A stretch of 32,000 bases of DNA from Pirellula staleyi DSM 6068 (GTDB lineage: Bacteria > Planctomycetota > Planctomycetia > Pirellulales > Pirellulaceae), in the NCBI GenBank assembly GCA_000025185.1, contig CP001848.1, forward strand, positions 4,290,001 to 4,322,000, given 5' to 3'. The notes under the pieces are model-generated. The model was not told where the DNA came from, ran no database searches, and worked only from the letters and a program-made list of their open reading frames with translations. The position numbers were made by a program, and so were the translations under genes. Positions 8,479 through 16,889 of the stretch are shown here, one piece after another (positions within the stretch are counted from its first letter, which is position 1; each line of letters opens with the position of its first letter).

Positions 8479-9782
8479 AGTGGTTCGTCGCCGCCGTGCT
8501 GCTGCTGATTGTTGCGCTCGTTTTCAATCTCAGCTTGCTCGTCTATGCGATGTACGTCCTCATCGGTGTGCTGGTCACCAGTCGCTTTCTCACACACTAC
8601 TGGGCCACGTCGCTGGTGGTGCATCGCGAGTTCAGCCGCACAACAGCTGAAGTGGGCGACACCGTGGCAGTGGTGATTCGCATTCAAAATATCGGCAAAC
8701 TTCCGATTCCATGGCTCTTGGTCGAAGACCTATTGCCGCGTGCCGCGATGTTCTTCGATCCCCCCTCACTCAAGCTCTCGGGGAGTAGTGTTTCGCTCAC
8801 CATGCTGCACGCTGGGGCATCTCGATCGATCCTCTACCAGCTCAGTTGCAATCGGCGTGGCTACTATCAAATCGGCCCACTCGTCCTCGAGACTGGCGAT
8901 CTGTTCGGGCTTGATCGCAGGTATCGTGTGATGGAAAAGCCTCATTTTCTGCTAGTTATGCCGAAGGTCGTTCCGCTCCTGGGTTACGACGTGGCCTCGC
9001 GACGACCGATCGGCGAAGTCCGGATGACCTACCGGCTCTTCGAGGATCCGACGCGAATGAGTGGCATTCGCGACTATCAGCCAGGCGATCCCCTTGCGCG
9101 TGTCCACTGGCGTGCTTCGGCCAGGTCGACGACCCTTCAAAGCAAGGTCTACGAACCATCGACACTCGCCGGCGCGACGATTGTGCTCAACTTTCACGAG
9201 GATGCTTTCGACAAACGCCATGAACCAGTCCGCAGCGAATTGTCGATCACCATGGCGGCATCGATTGCGAACACACTCTACATGCTGGGACAGCAAGTCG
9301 GTCTGGTAACCAACGGCATCGACGGTGCGCTGCGAGTGCAGCAAGAAGGGTGGACCGGCGATCATCGGACGCGCGAGGAAGCTCGAAAATCGGCGTCCAG
9401 TGAACAGCTTCTCGATCGACTCGAACCGATCACTGTGGGGACACGTCGCGGTCCCGAGCAGTTTCATCAGCTGCTCCGACTACTCGGTCGACTTGAGAAA
9501 AACGGAGGACTCTCGCTGCCGCAACTACTAATCGATCGGGCCCCCAGTTTGCCACGCGATGCCACGGTGTTGATGATCGTGCCACGTCTGAGCGACGAGG
9601 AATCACTTGCCATCCTGGAACTTCGTCGCCGCGGTTTCTCGGTCGCCGCCATCATTAGCTGCTACGATGAAATGATGTATGCCGACTTTGCTGGCCCCCT
9701 GGTTGCCGTAGGCATACCATGTTGGCATCTGCGCGATGAAAGCGCGATCGCCACCATTTGTCAGCGTCTGACGCATCGCTGA
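8475..9782 (+). CDS. DUF58 domain-containing membrane protein
   Basis: The start ATG overlaps the MoxR stop (ATGA at 8475-8478). Two N-terminal TM helices. DUF58 hallmark IRDYQPGDPLARVHWRASARSTTLQSKVYEP. Degenerate vWA-like C-terminal half. Confidence 0.9.
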   Translation: MKWFVAAVLLLIVALVFNLSLLVYAMYVLIGVLVTSRFLTHYWATSLVVHREFSRTTAEVGDTVAVVIRIQNIGKLPIPWLLVEDLLPRAAMFFDPPSLKLSGSSVSLTMLHAGASRSILYQLSCNRRGYYQIGPLVLETGDLFGLDRRYRVMEKPHFLLVMPKVVPLLGYDVASRRPIGEVRMTYRLFEDPTRMSGIRDYQPGDPLARVHWRASARSTTLQSKVYEPSTLAGATIVLNFHEDAFDKRHEPVRSELSITMAASIANTLYMLGQQVGLVTNGIDGALRVQQEGWTGDHRTREEARKSASSEQLLDRLEPITVGTRRGPEQFHQLLRLLGRLEKNGGLSLPQLLIDRAPSLPRDATVLMIVPRLSDEESLAILELRRRGFSVAAIISCYDEMMYADFAGPLVAVGIPCWHLRDESAIATICQRLTHR

Positions 9783-9810
9783 GCTGAGTTGATTGACTTC
9801 GGATACTACG

Positions 9811-10293
9811 ATGAAACCGCGATCTTCCAATCCCTACGATGCGCCTCCGATTGCGGCCGAACCGCTCGTGCGACAATGGATGGATCTGCGCGGGATTTGG
9901 TCGGAGTTTCGTGTCGGAACAGCCCCGGACGATCATCGTATCGCGGTGATGATTCCGCACTGGCCCGCGCGAGGGAGGGTCCTCATCGACGACAAGGAGG
10001 TCCATCGCTTCTCGATGTTTCAGCTGCGCCGCGAAATCAATCTGCTGATCGACCAGCCTGATCCGCTGCAGGTCGACATCAGAATGCGGGCAGGTCTATC
10101 GTGGCATTCGCAAGCGTTTGTGAACGGCGAATTGCAAATCGATGAAATTTTTCCGATCATCCGCATCATGGCCATGATCTTCTGGTCGAGCGTGCTGTTG
10201 CTTGTCACCCTGGCTGCTGTGGCGTTTGTTCTCGAGCGTTATCTGGCAACCACCGAGGGTATTCCCTACTTCATCCCGTGGGTGACGCCATGA
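9811..10293 (+). CDS. Hypothetical protein with a C-terminal TM anchor (160 aa from the ATG)
   Basis: The ORF track opens at TTG 9793; the first ATG is 9811 (MKPRSSNPYDAPPI...). Soluble beta-like region, then hydrophobic IMAMIFWSSVLLLVTLAAVAFVL. Its stop overlaps the next start (ATGA at 10290-10293). No recognised domain. Confidence 0.65.
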   Translation: MKPRSSNPYDAPPIAAEPLVRQWMDLRGIWSEFRVGTAPDDHRIAVMIPHWPARGRVLIDDKEVHRFSMFQLRREINLLIDQPDPLQVDIRMRAGLSWHSQAFVNGELQIDEIFPIIRIMAMIFWSSVLLLVTLAAVAFVLERYLATTEGIPYFIPWVTP

Positions 10294-12143
10294 ACCGACG
10301 GCTCCCAACAACACTGGCTGACTATCTGATCGTCGCCATCAGTCCGTTTCTCATCATGCTGCTCGTTGGGAGCGTATCTTTTTTTCTCGTCGAAGTCTTC
10401 TATCGTGGTCAGTATGAACTGCGGCTGTCGTTCGTCATGGCCATGTTTGTGATGGGAGCAGTTTCGGTCGCGCGAATCAGCATCGAAGAGGGCCGTGCCT
10501 ACGCTGCAATGTTCGCACTTCCACTGGGAATCGCTTGTGTTTATGCGGTTTCCACGTTTGCCGCCTTTCGCGGGCCACTCGCTTCGATGGGACCGATCTT
10601 TGTGATCGTGCTGCTCGGTATCATTTGGCTGAGCGCCGACAAACTGGTGTGGAACTGCACCTTGCTTGATGATCGCCGCGATGCGTCGGGGAAAGGGCTG
10701 CTTAGCTCGCTGCGAGATTTGCGGTCAAGGTTGTTTTCAGTGACAGCCAAGCCTGAAGTGAGTCAGCCCAGTTCGGTTACTGCAACAAGCGAGAACAAGC
10801 CGCCGCCAGATTTGAACTGGATTGGGAACTGGTTCTCGCGCACACGGTCGCGATCGGCAGAACAGCCTGGAGTGTGGGTTATTTATTACTCGCTCTTCGC
10901 TCTCCCTCTGTTTGCGATCGGGCAACTGGCAATCCCTGCGAGTGACACTGCGAGTCGGCAATCGGTCTTCAAACTGATGGTGATTTATGTCACTTCAGCG
11001 CTAATGCTTCTGCTTGCGACCAGCCTGCTGTCGATCCGAAAATACCTCCGCGATCGCAATGTCGAGATGCCCGCGGAGATGGCTCTCGTTTGGACAGTGT
11101 CAGGCACCATTCTGGCCACCGCCGTTGTGCTGATCGCCATGCTGTTGCCCCGCCCTGCGCCCGAATATTCGCTGGCGCAGTATGTCGAGCAGTTCGACTC
11201 CCCTCCACGTGAAGCTTCTGCGGCAGGTGCAGGGAGCGAGGGTGCCAAGTCGAAAAAGGCGACCGATCAGCGTTCGGCCACGAAGGGGGATGATTCGCCT
11301 GATACCCAGCAGTCGAGCAGCGACAGCGAAGCGAAAACGCCAAGCAAAGAGCAGGGGGGGAATGGAGAGTCCAAGAGCAGCAGCCCAGGAGCCTCGGAGA
11401 AATCGGGTGGCGATACGAAGTCCCCCTCGAATCCACAGCCCGCTGAAAAGATGGAGCAACCATCGGGCGAATCTAGCGAAAACCACACGCCAAGCGACGC
11501 TTCTCGTAGCAAGAATCAAAGCGATCCAACGCCCAAGGATTCGTCAAGCAATTCGACTTCCGAGCCATCTCCGCCGAGCAGTGGCTCGTGGAAACCGCCG
11601 CAACTATCCTTTTCTGGCGTAGTGCAGTGGTTGGTGTATGCTTTCTATGCCCTGGTGGCGATCGTCGCTGGAGTGGTGGCCTATCAGTATCGAGAACAAA
11701 TCGTCGCCGCCTGGCACCGATTCTTGCAGGAACTGAAAAACTGGCTCGCAGGTCTTCAGAGCAAACGCTCGGCTGATGGAATGTCTGCTCATCAAGCGGA
11801 ACCAGAGCGGCCGAAAAGTTTTGGCGAGTATCGCAATCCATTTCTGTCCGGTGCTGCGCGAAGCTGGTCGCAGGCCGATCTGCTCCGCTACACGCTCGAG
11901 GCGCTCGAAGCTTGGGGACGCGAACATGGTGCTCCGCGCGCCCCCTCGCAAACCACCCTCGAGTTCACGCAAATGCTCGCGCAAGTTTCTCCGACGCTCG
12001 GTGGGCTTCTGCGGCAATTCGCCGACCTCTACGGCCAAACCGCTTTTGCCCCTGCATCCTCGAGTCAGACATCGACTGCGGTCGTCGAAAAACTTTGGCA
12101 AACGCTGGCATCAGCGTCAGGATCCACTAGCACGCGCGGTTAA
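10290..12143 (+). CDS. Polytopic membrane protein with a disordered Ser/Pro/Lys/Glu-rich segment and a C-terminal DUF4129-like domain
   Basis: About 7 N-terminal TM helices. About 145 low-complexity residues (roughly nt 11180-11610: ...SKKATDQRSATKGDDSPDTQQSSSDSEAKTPSKEQGGNGESKSSSPG...). One more TM (VVQWLVYAFYALVAIVAGVVAY). The C-terminus, TTLEFTQMLAQVSPTLGGLLRQFADLYGQTAFAP, matches the DUF4129 pattern seen next to MoxR/DUF58 genes. Confidence 0.8.
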   Translation: MNRRLPTTLADYLIVAISPFLIMLLVGSVSFFLVEVFYRGQYELRLSFVMAMFVMGAVSVARISIEEGRAYAAMFALPLGIACVYAVSTFAAFRGPLASMGPIFVIVLLGIIWLSADKLVWNCTLLDDRRDASGKGLLSSLRDLRSRLFSVTAKPEVSQPSSVTATSENKPPPDLNWIGNWFSRTRSRSAEQPGVWVIYYSLFALPLFAIGQLAIPASDTASRQSVFKLMVIYVTSALMLLLATSLLSIRKYLRDRNVEMPAEMALVWTVSGTILATAVVLIAMLLPRPAPEYSLAQYVEQFDSPPREASAAGAGSEGAKSKKATDQRSATKGDDSPDTQQSSSDSEAKTPSKEQGGNGESKSSSPGASEKSGGDTKSPSNPQPAEKMEQPSGESSENHTPSDASRSKNQSDPTPKDSSSNSTSEPSPPSSGSWKPPQLSFSGVVQWLVYAFYALVAIVAGVVAYQYREQIVAAWHRFLQELKNWLAGLQSKRSADGMSAHQAEPERPKSFGEYRNPFLSGAARSWSQADLLRYTLEALEAWGREHGAPRAPSQTTLEFTQMLAQVSPTLGGLLRQFADLYGQTAFAPASSSQTSTAVVEKLWQTLASASGSTSTRG

Positions 12144-12263
12144 GTCGTGATTTCTAGCTCTCGACACCTGGAATTAGTTACGCAGGAGCGAACAATAGAG
12201 TAGCGAGGAGCGATGCTCGCCGATTCATTTCAGCCGCCGATTGTTTTCTAGGAACGAATTCCC

Positions 12264-14228
12264 TTGGCCAACACCAGCAGTCGACGATTTGCCGAATACC
12301 GTGAAGAGGTCCGCAAGCGGCACGCGAAGCCACAAAAAGCAAACCCAGCCGAACAAGCAAGTGATGATGCCAAAGATGGGGATCCCAAAAAGAGTCCGCG
12401 AACGCGTTCCTTTTGGCAGCTGTTCGTCGCCTTTCTGGGCATGCTGCGCGGACACGAGTGGTCACTCGGAATAGCCCTCTTCACACTCACAGTCGCCACG
12501 CTGCTGCGACTCGTGCCGCCTCTTGCAACCAAGCTTGTCTTCGACAACGTTCTCACTCCCAAACCTCTCCCAGCGTGGTGGACGGAAACGCTTCATCTCC
12601 CCACCGAGCAGCGAAAGGTGCTCTGGTGGATTGGCGGCGGAGTTGCGTTCCTCTCGATCATTGCCACCGCGATACATCTGATCGGCCGCTGGGCTGCCAC
12701 AAAGGCTGTCAATCGACTGCAAGTGAGCATTCGTAGGCAAGTGTTCTCCCATGCCGTGCACCTGCCGCTCCATCGCGTTTATCAGCTAAAAAGTGGTGGC
12801 GCCACGAGTTTGCTGCGCGATGATGCTGGTGGCGTTTCAGAGCTCGTCTTCAGCATGCTCTACAATCCATTTCGCGCCATCATCCAGCTGACAGGAAGTT
12901 TGATTGTGCTGCTGTGGGTCGACTGGCGGATGATGCTGGGAGGTTTGCTCCTGCTGCCTGCGGTCTACATCACGCATCGCACCTGGATCGCGCGGATTCG
13001 CCCGCTTTATCGCGATATTCGATCGCGCCGCCAAGAAATCGATTCGCAGACTACCGAGACATTTGGCGGCATGCGCGTGGTGCGTGCCTACTCGCGCGAA
13101 CGTGGCGAAGCTGCCCGCTATGTATCGTCGAATCACCTGATGATTCGTCAGCAGTTGTTCGTCTGGTGGTGGACTCGTGTGATCGAACTCACTTGGGAGG
13201 TCCTCGTTCCCCTCGCTTCGGTCGCCTTGCTCCTCTACGGCGGAAGTCGGGTGCTGGAGGGGGATCTGACGATCGGCGACGTGACGATGTTTCTCATCTA
13301 CCTCACGATGCTGCTGGGGCCTCTCGAAACGCTGGCCACCAGCGCCACCACTTTTCAAAATAGTCTGGCGGGGCTCGATCGGGTGCTTGATTTGCTAGCT
13401 GAACAACCCGAGGGAACTTCCACGAGCGCAACCATTCCGCTCGTTCGCGACGCTGTGCGCGGCGAGATCGAATTTCGCGATGTCTCGTTTCATTATCCCG
13501 GCACACAGGCGAATGTACTTACCAATATCGACCTGCGCATCGCCGCTGGTTCCACCGTAGCTCTCGTCGGACGAAGTGGTGCTGGCAAGACAACGCTGAC
13601 AAATTTAGTCGCTCGCTTTTACGACCCAACTTCGGGAAGTGTGCTGCTCGACGGCGTCGATTTGAAGAGCATCGACCTCGACGACTTCCGTGGACTTCTC
13701 GGCATGGTGGAGCAGGAGGTCTTTCTGTTCGACGGCTCGATTGCCGAGAACATTCGCTATGCTCGCCCCTCCGCTAGCGAGGAAGAATTGCTGGCTGCAG
13801 CCAAAGCCGCCAATGCACATGAATTCATCGAGCGTCTGGAAGATCGCTACGACACCCTGATTGGCGAGCGGGGTGTGAAGCTCAGCGGCGGTCAAAGGCA
13901 GCGGCTCGCTATTGCGCGGGCCATTCTCGCGGATCCCAAAATCCTGGTACTCGACGAAGCGACGAGCAATCTCGATTCCGAGAGCGAGCAGCTGATTCAC
14001 CAAAGTATGCGTGAGCTACTGGCGGGGCGAACAGCATTTATCATTGCGCACCGCTTGAGCACCATTGTCGAGGCCGACGCGATTGTGGTCCTCGAACAGG
14101 GGCGAATTGTCGAGATCGGGACTCACGAGGAGTTGATGGCGCGAAGCGGCCACTATCAGCAGATGGTTCAGCTGCAACTGGGTGGCGCCACATCCCCGCT
14201 CGTCGGCCCGCTGGGTGATACGCCGTGA
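12264..14228 (+). CDS. ABC exporter, fused permease and ATP-binding protein (MsbA-like type I exporter)
   Basis: Six-TM exporter domain, then a nucleotide-binding domain with Walker A GRSGAGKTT, signature LSGGQRQR, Walker B ILVLDEATS and H-loop IIAHRLST. The TTG start at 12264 is uncertain; it gives a charged ~50-aa N-terminal extension. Confidence 0.9.
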   Translation: MANTSSRRFAEYREEVRKRHAKPQKANPAEQASDDAKDGDPKKSPRTRSFWQLFVAFLGMLRGHEWSLGIALFTLTVATLLRLVPPLATKLVFDNVLTPKPLPAWWTETLHLPTEQRKVLWWIGGGVAFLSIIATAIHLIGRWAATKAVNRLQVSIRRQVFSHAVHLPLHRVYQLKSGGATSLLRDDAGGVSELVFSMLYNPFRAIIQLTGSLIVLLWVDWRMMLGGLLLLPAVYITHRTWIARIRPLYRDIRSRRQEIDSQTTETFGGMRVVRAYSRERGEAARYVSSNHLMIRQQLFVWWWTRVIELTWEVLVPLASVALLLYGGSRVLEGDLTIGDVTMFLIYLTMLLGPLETLATSATTFQNSLAGLDRVLDLLAEQPEGTSTSATIPLVRDAVRGEIEFRDVSFHYPGTQANVLTNIDLRIAAGSTVALVGRSGAGKTTLTNLVARFYDPTSGSVLLDGVDLKSIDLDDFRGLLGMVEQEVFLFDGSIAENIRYARPSASEEELLAAAKAANAHEFIERLEDRYDTLIGERGVKLSGGQRQRLAIARAILADPKILVLDEATSNLDSESEQLIHQSMRELLAGRTAFIIAHRLSTIVEADAIVVLEQGRIVEIGTHEELMARSGHYQQMVQLQLGGATSPLVGPLGDTP

Positions 14229-14253
14229 AGTTCGCCCAAAGAAACCGGTGATA

Positions 14254-14265
14254 GCGCAAGGGAAA
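14254..14265 (+). promoter_or_regulatory. GCGCAAGGGAAA box upstream of the first PSCyt/DUF1549/DUF1553 operon
   Basis: Exact 12-mer also present at 27688-27699, upstream of the paralogous operon. The core CGCAAGGG recurs at 20106-20113 and, as reverse complement, at 27731-27738. It lies 92-103 nt upstream of the ATG at 14357. Confidence 0.3.
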
Positions 14266-14356
14266 CCGCCCGTTTTGCGTAAATTACGCTCGTCACAATT
14301 CTCCCTTTTGTGCTACACTCGCGCCGTGAACTGCTCCTTACTCAGGACACCGGCGT

Positions 14357-16867
14357 ATGCTCGCTCTCTCCGTGCATCTCGCGTCTGCTTGTCGCCTGCG
14401 ATGGTTTGTCGCAGCACTAGCCGCGCTATTGTCGTTTGGTTGGACGCCACCGCTACTCGCGGAGCCATCTCCGACCGATCGAGCAGCACTCGATCATTTC
14501 GAAAAACGGGTGCGCCCCGTTTTGGCAAAGCATTGCTACCGTTGTCACTCGACGGAGTCGGGTAAGGCGGAAGGAAACTTGCGGCTCGATTCGCGTGACT
14601 CGATTCGTCTCGGCGGAGATCGCGGGCCGGCTGTGGTTCCGCACAAGCCCGCTGAAAGCATTTTGCTCGATGCGGTGAAGCATGTAGCCGACGATCTAAA
14701 AATGCCGCCGCGTGCCCCCCAGCTCGAGATGAGTGTAATTGCCGACCTCGAGACGTGGATTAAAGAGGGGGCCATCGATCCGCGCGAAGCAACTGCTACT
14801 CGTTCTGTCAGCAATCCGGCTGATTTTTGGGCCTACCAGCCGATTCGCGATGTCGCTGTTCCGCAGGTTGAAGACTCCGACTGGCCGCGCACCTTTGTCG
14901 ATCATTTTGTGCTCGCCAAGCTTCAGGAAAAACAGCTCTCTCCATCTCCCGACGCATCACCGCGCACGCTGCTGCGCCGCTTGTCGTACGATCTGATCGG
15001 ACTCCCTCCTTCGCTGGCCGAAATTCAGGCGTTCGAAAAATCGATCGCCGATCGCGGAATCGAGCCTACGCTGACAGCCAAGGTGGATGAGTATCTAGCA
15101 AGCTCGGCTTACGGCGAGCGCTGGGGACGAATCTGGCTCGATGTAGCCCGCTATGCCGAGTCGAGTGGAAAAGAAGCGAACATCACGTTTCCCTATGCCT
15201 GGCGTTATCGAGACTACGTGATCGACAGCATGAATCGCGACGTGCCGTACTCGCAGTTCATCACCGAGCAAATTGCCGGCGATCTTCTACCAGCGGAGAA
15301 TCCTGCTGAGCGCGCGCGGCTGTTGATTGCAACAGGCTTCCTCGCGATCGGCCCGAAGAATTTGGATGAAGCGACGCCGGAACAGTTCGAAGCCGATGTG
15401 GTCGACGAACAGATCGACGCGGTTTCGCGAGCGTTTCTCGGGTGCTCCATTGCTTGCGCACGGTGTCACGATCACAAGTTTGCGCCGTATTCGATGAACG
15501 ACTACTATGCGATGGCAGGGTTCTTTCGTAGCACTCGTACCTTCTTCGGCACCCATGTGTCACCTGCGAATCGAATTAGTGGTGATCCACTCCAATTGCC
15601 GCGCGAGGCCGAGCAGCCGATCTTGCATGCTGGAATTTCTCGCGAGCGGGTGAAGAAGCTCACCGAACAACGTGCCGCCCTCCAGGAAGAAGAGCAGACG
15701 CGCCGTAAGCGGGCTTTCGAAGCGATTCAAAACGGGACCGATCCTGAAAAGGAACTCAGCATCACCGATGCGCTGCGGATCTTTTGGTCGCTCGGTGGTA
15801 TCGAAGGAGAACTCGAGCGGGTCGATGACGAAGGAAAGCCGCTCCCCCTCGCGCTCGGTGTGCTCGATCGCGAAAAGATTGTCGATGCCCAGTTGTTTGA
15901 GAATGGGGATGTCACGCATCCGGCCCAGGCAATACCACGCGGTTTCCCAGCGTTTTTTGCCTCGCGCGTCAGTGCGCCCGCGATCCCAGAGGGGCAAAGT
16001 GGACGTCTAGCGCTCGCGGCCTGGATCACCCATCCCGATCATCCACTCACGTCGCGCGTGATCGTTAACCGGGTCTGGCGTCAGCTCTTTTCGCGCGGTC
16101 TTGTTGCGTCCGTTGATCTGCTGGAACCGGGGGGAGATCAGCCGAGTCATGCGGAGCTACTCGACAAGCTGGCAACGACGTTTGTGAAAGAAAAAGGTTC
16201 CCTCAAGTCGCTCGTCCGGACGCTAGTGTTGTCGCGAACCTATCGGCAGGGATCCGATTTTCGTGAGGCACCTTTCGCGAGCGACCCCGACAATCGCTGG
16301 CTTTGGCGCTATACCCCTAAGCGGCTCGATGCAGAAGCGATACGCGATTCGCTATTGCTGGTGAGTGGTGATCTCGATCGAAAGCGCCCTGTGGGTTCGC
16401 TCGTAGCTCGAAAGATTGGTGATCGGCCAGTAGCGCTCCTGGGTCTCGATCCGTCGATTCCAGCCGACCTCGATGATGGACTCCATCGCTCGGTCTACTT
16501 GCCGATCTTGCGTGATCGTTTGCCCGATGTGCTCGAGCTTTTTGATTTTGCGGAACCAAGTTTAGTCACCGGGGACCGGCAGACAACGAATGTTCCTTTG
16601 CAATCGCTGTACTTCCTGAACAGCCGATTTGTCGTGGCGCGGGCCCAGTCGATGGCAAAGCTGGCGCTGCAGAATCGCGACGACTTGCAGTCGCAAGTCA
16701 GCGAGGCGATTGCGATCTGCTTTGCGCGCTCGGCAGCCGCCGATGAACTCGAGCGTGGCGTTCATTTTGTGAAGCAGGCGGAACAACTCGGCGCCGATCG
16801 TTCTGCGGCGATGGCGGCGTATTGTCAGTCGCTCGTTAGCACCGCCGAATTTCGATTCCTGGAATAG
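14357..16867 (+). CDS. Planctomycete cytochrome-c domain / DUF1549 / DUF1553 (PSCyt1-PSCyt2-PSD1) secreted protein
   Basis: 836 aa. Signal peptide. Haem-c motif in KHCYRCHSTESGKAEGNLRLD. DUF1549-type LLRRLSYDLIGLPPSLAEIQAF and [21 protein letters not shown]1553-type [22 protein letters not shown]. Confidence 0.92.
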   Translation: MLALSVHLASACRLRWFVAALAALLSFGWTPPLLAEPSPTDRAALDHFEKRVRPVLAKHCYRCHSTESGKAEGNLRLDSRDSIRLGGDRGPAVVPHKPAESILLDAVKHVADDLKMPPRAPQLEMSVIADLETWIKEGAIDPREATATRSVSNPADFWAYQPIRDVAVPQVEDSDWPRTFVDHFVLAKLQEKQLSPSPDASPRTLLRRLSYDLIGLPPSLAEIQAFEKSIADRGIEPTLTAKVDEYLASSAYGERWGRIWLDVARYAESSGKEANITFPYAWRYRDYVIDSMNRDVPYSQFITEQIAGDLLPAENPAERARLLIATGFLAIGPKNLDEATPEQFEADVVDEQIDAVSRAFLGCSIACARCHDHKFAPYSMNDYYAMAGFFRSTRTFFGTHVSPANRISGDPLQLPREAEQPILHAGISRERVKKLTEQRAALQEEEQTRRKRAFEAIQNGTDPEKELSITDALRIFWSLGGIEGELERVDDEGKPLPLALGVLDREKIVDAQLFENGDVTHPAQAIPRGFPAFFASRVSAPAIPEGQSGRLALAAWITHPDHPLTSRVIVNRVWRQLFSRGLVASVDLLEPGGDQPSHAELLDKLATTFVKEKGSLKSLVRTLVLSRTYRQGSDFREAPFASDPDNRWLWRYTPKRLDAEAIRDSLLLVSGDLDRKRPVGSLVARKIGDRPVALLGLDPSIPADLDDGLHRSVYLPILRDRLPDVLELFDFAEPSLVTGDRQTTNVPLQSLYFLNSRFVVARAQSMAKLALQNRDDLQSQVSEAIAICFARSAAADELERGVHFVKQAEQLGADRSAAMAAYCQSLVSTAEFRFLE

Positions 16868-16889
16868 TTGGCAGTCTGCCGGTCAGAAA

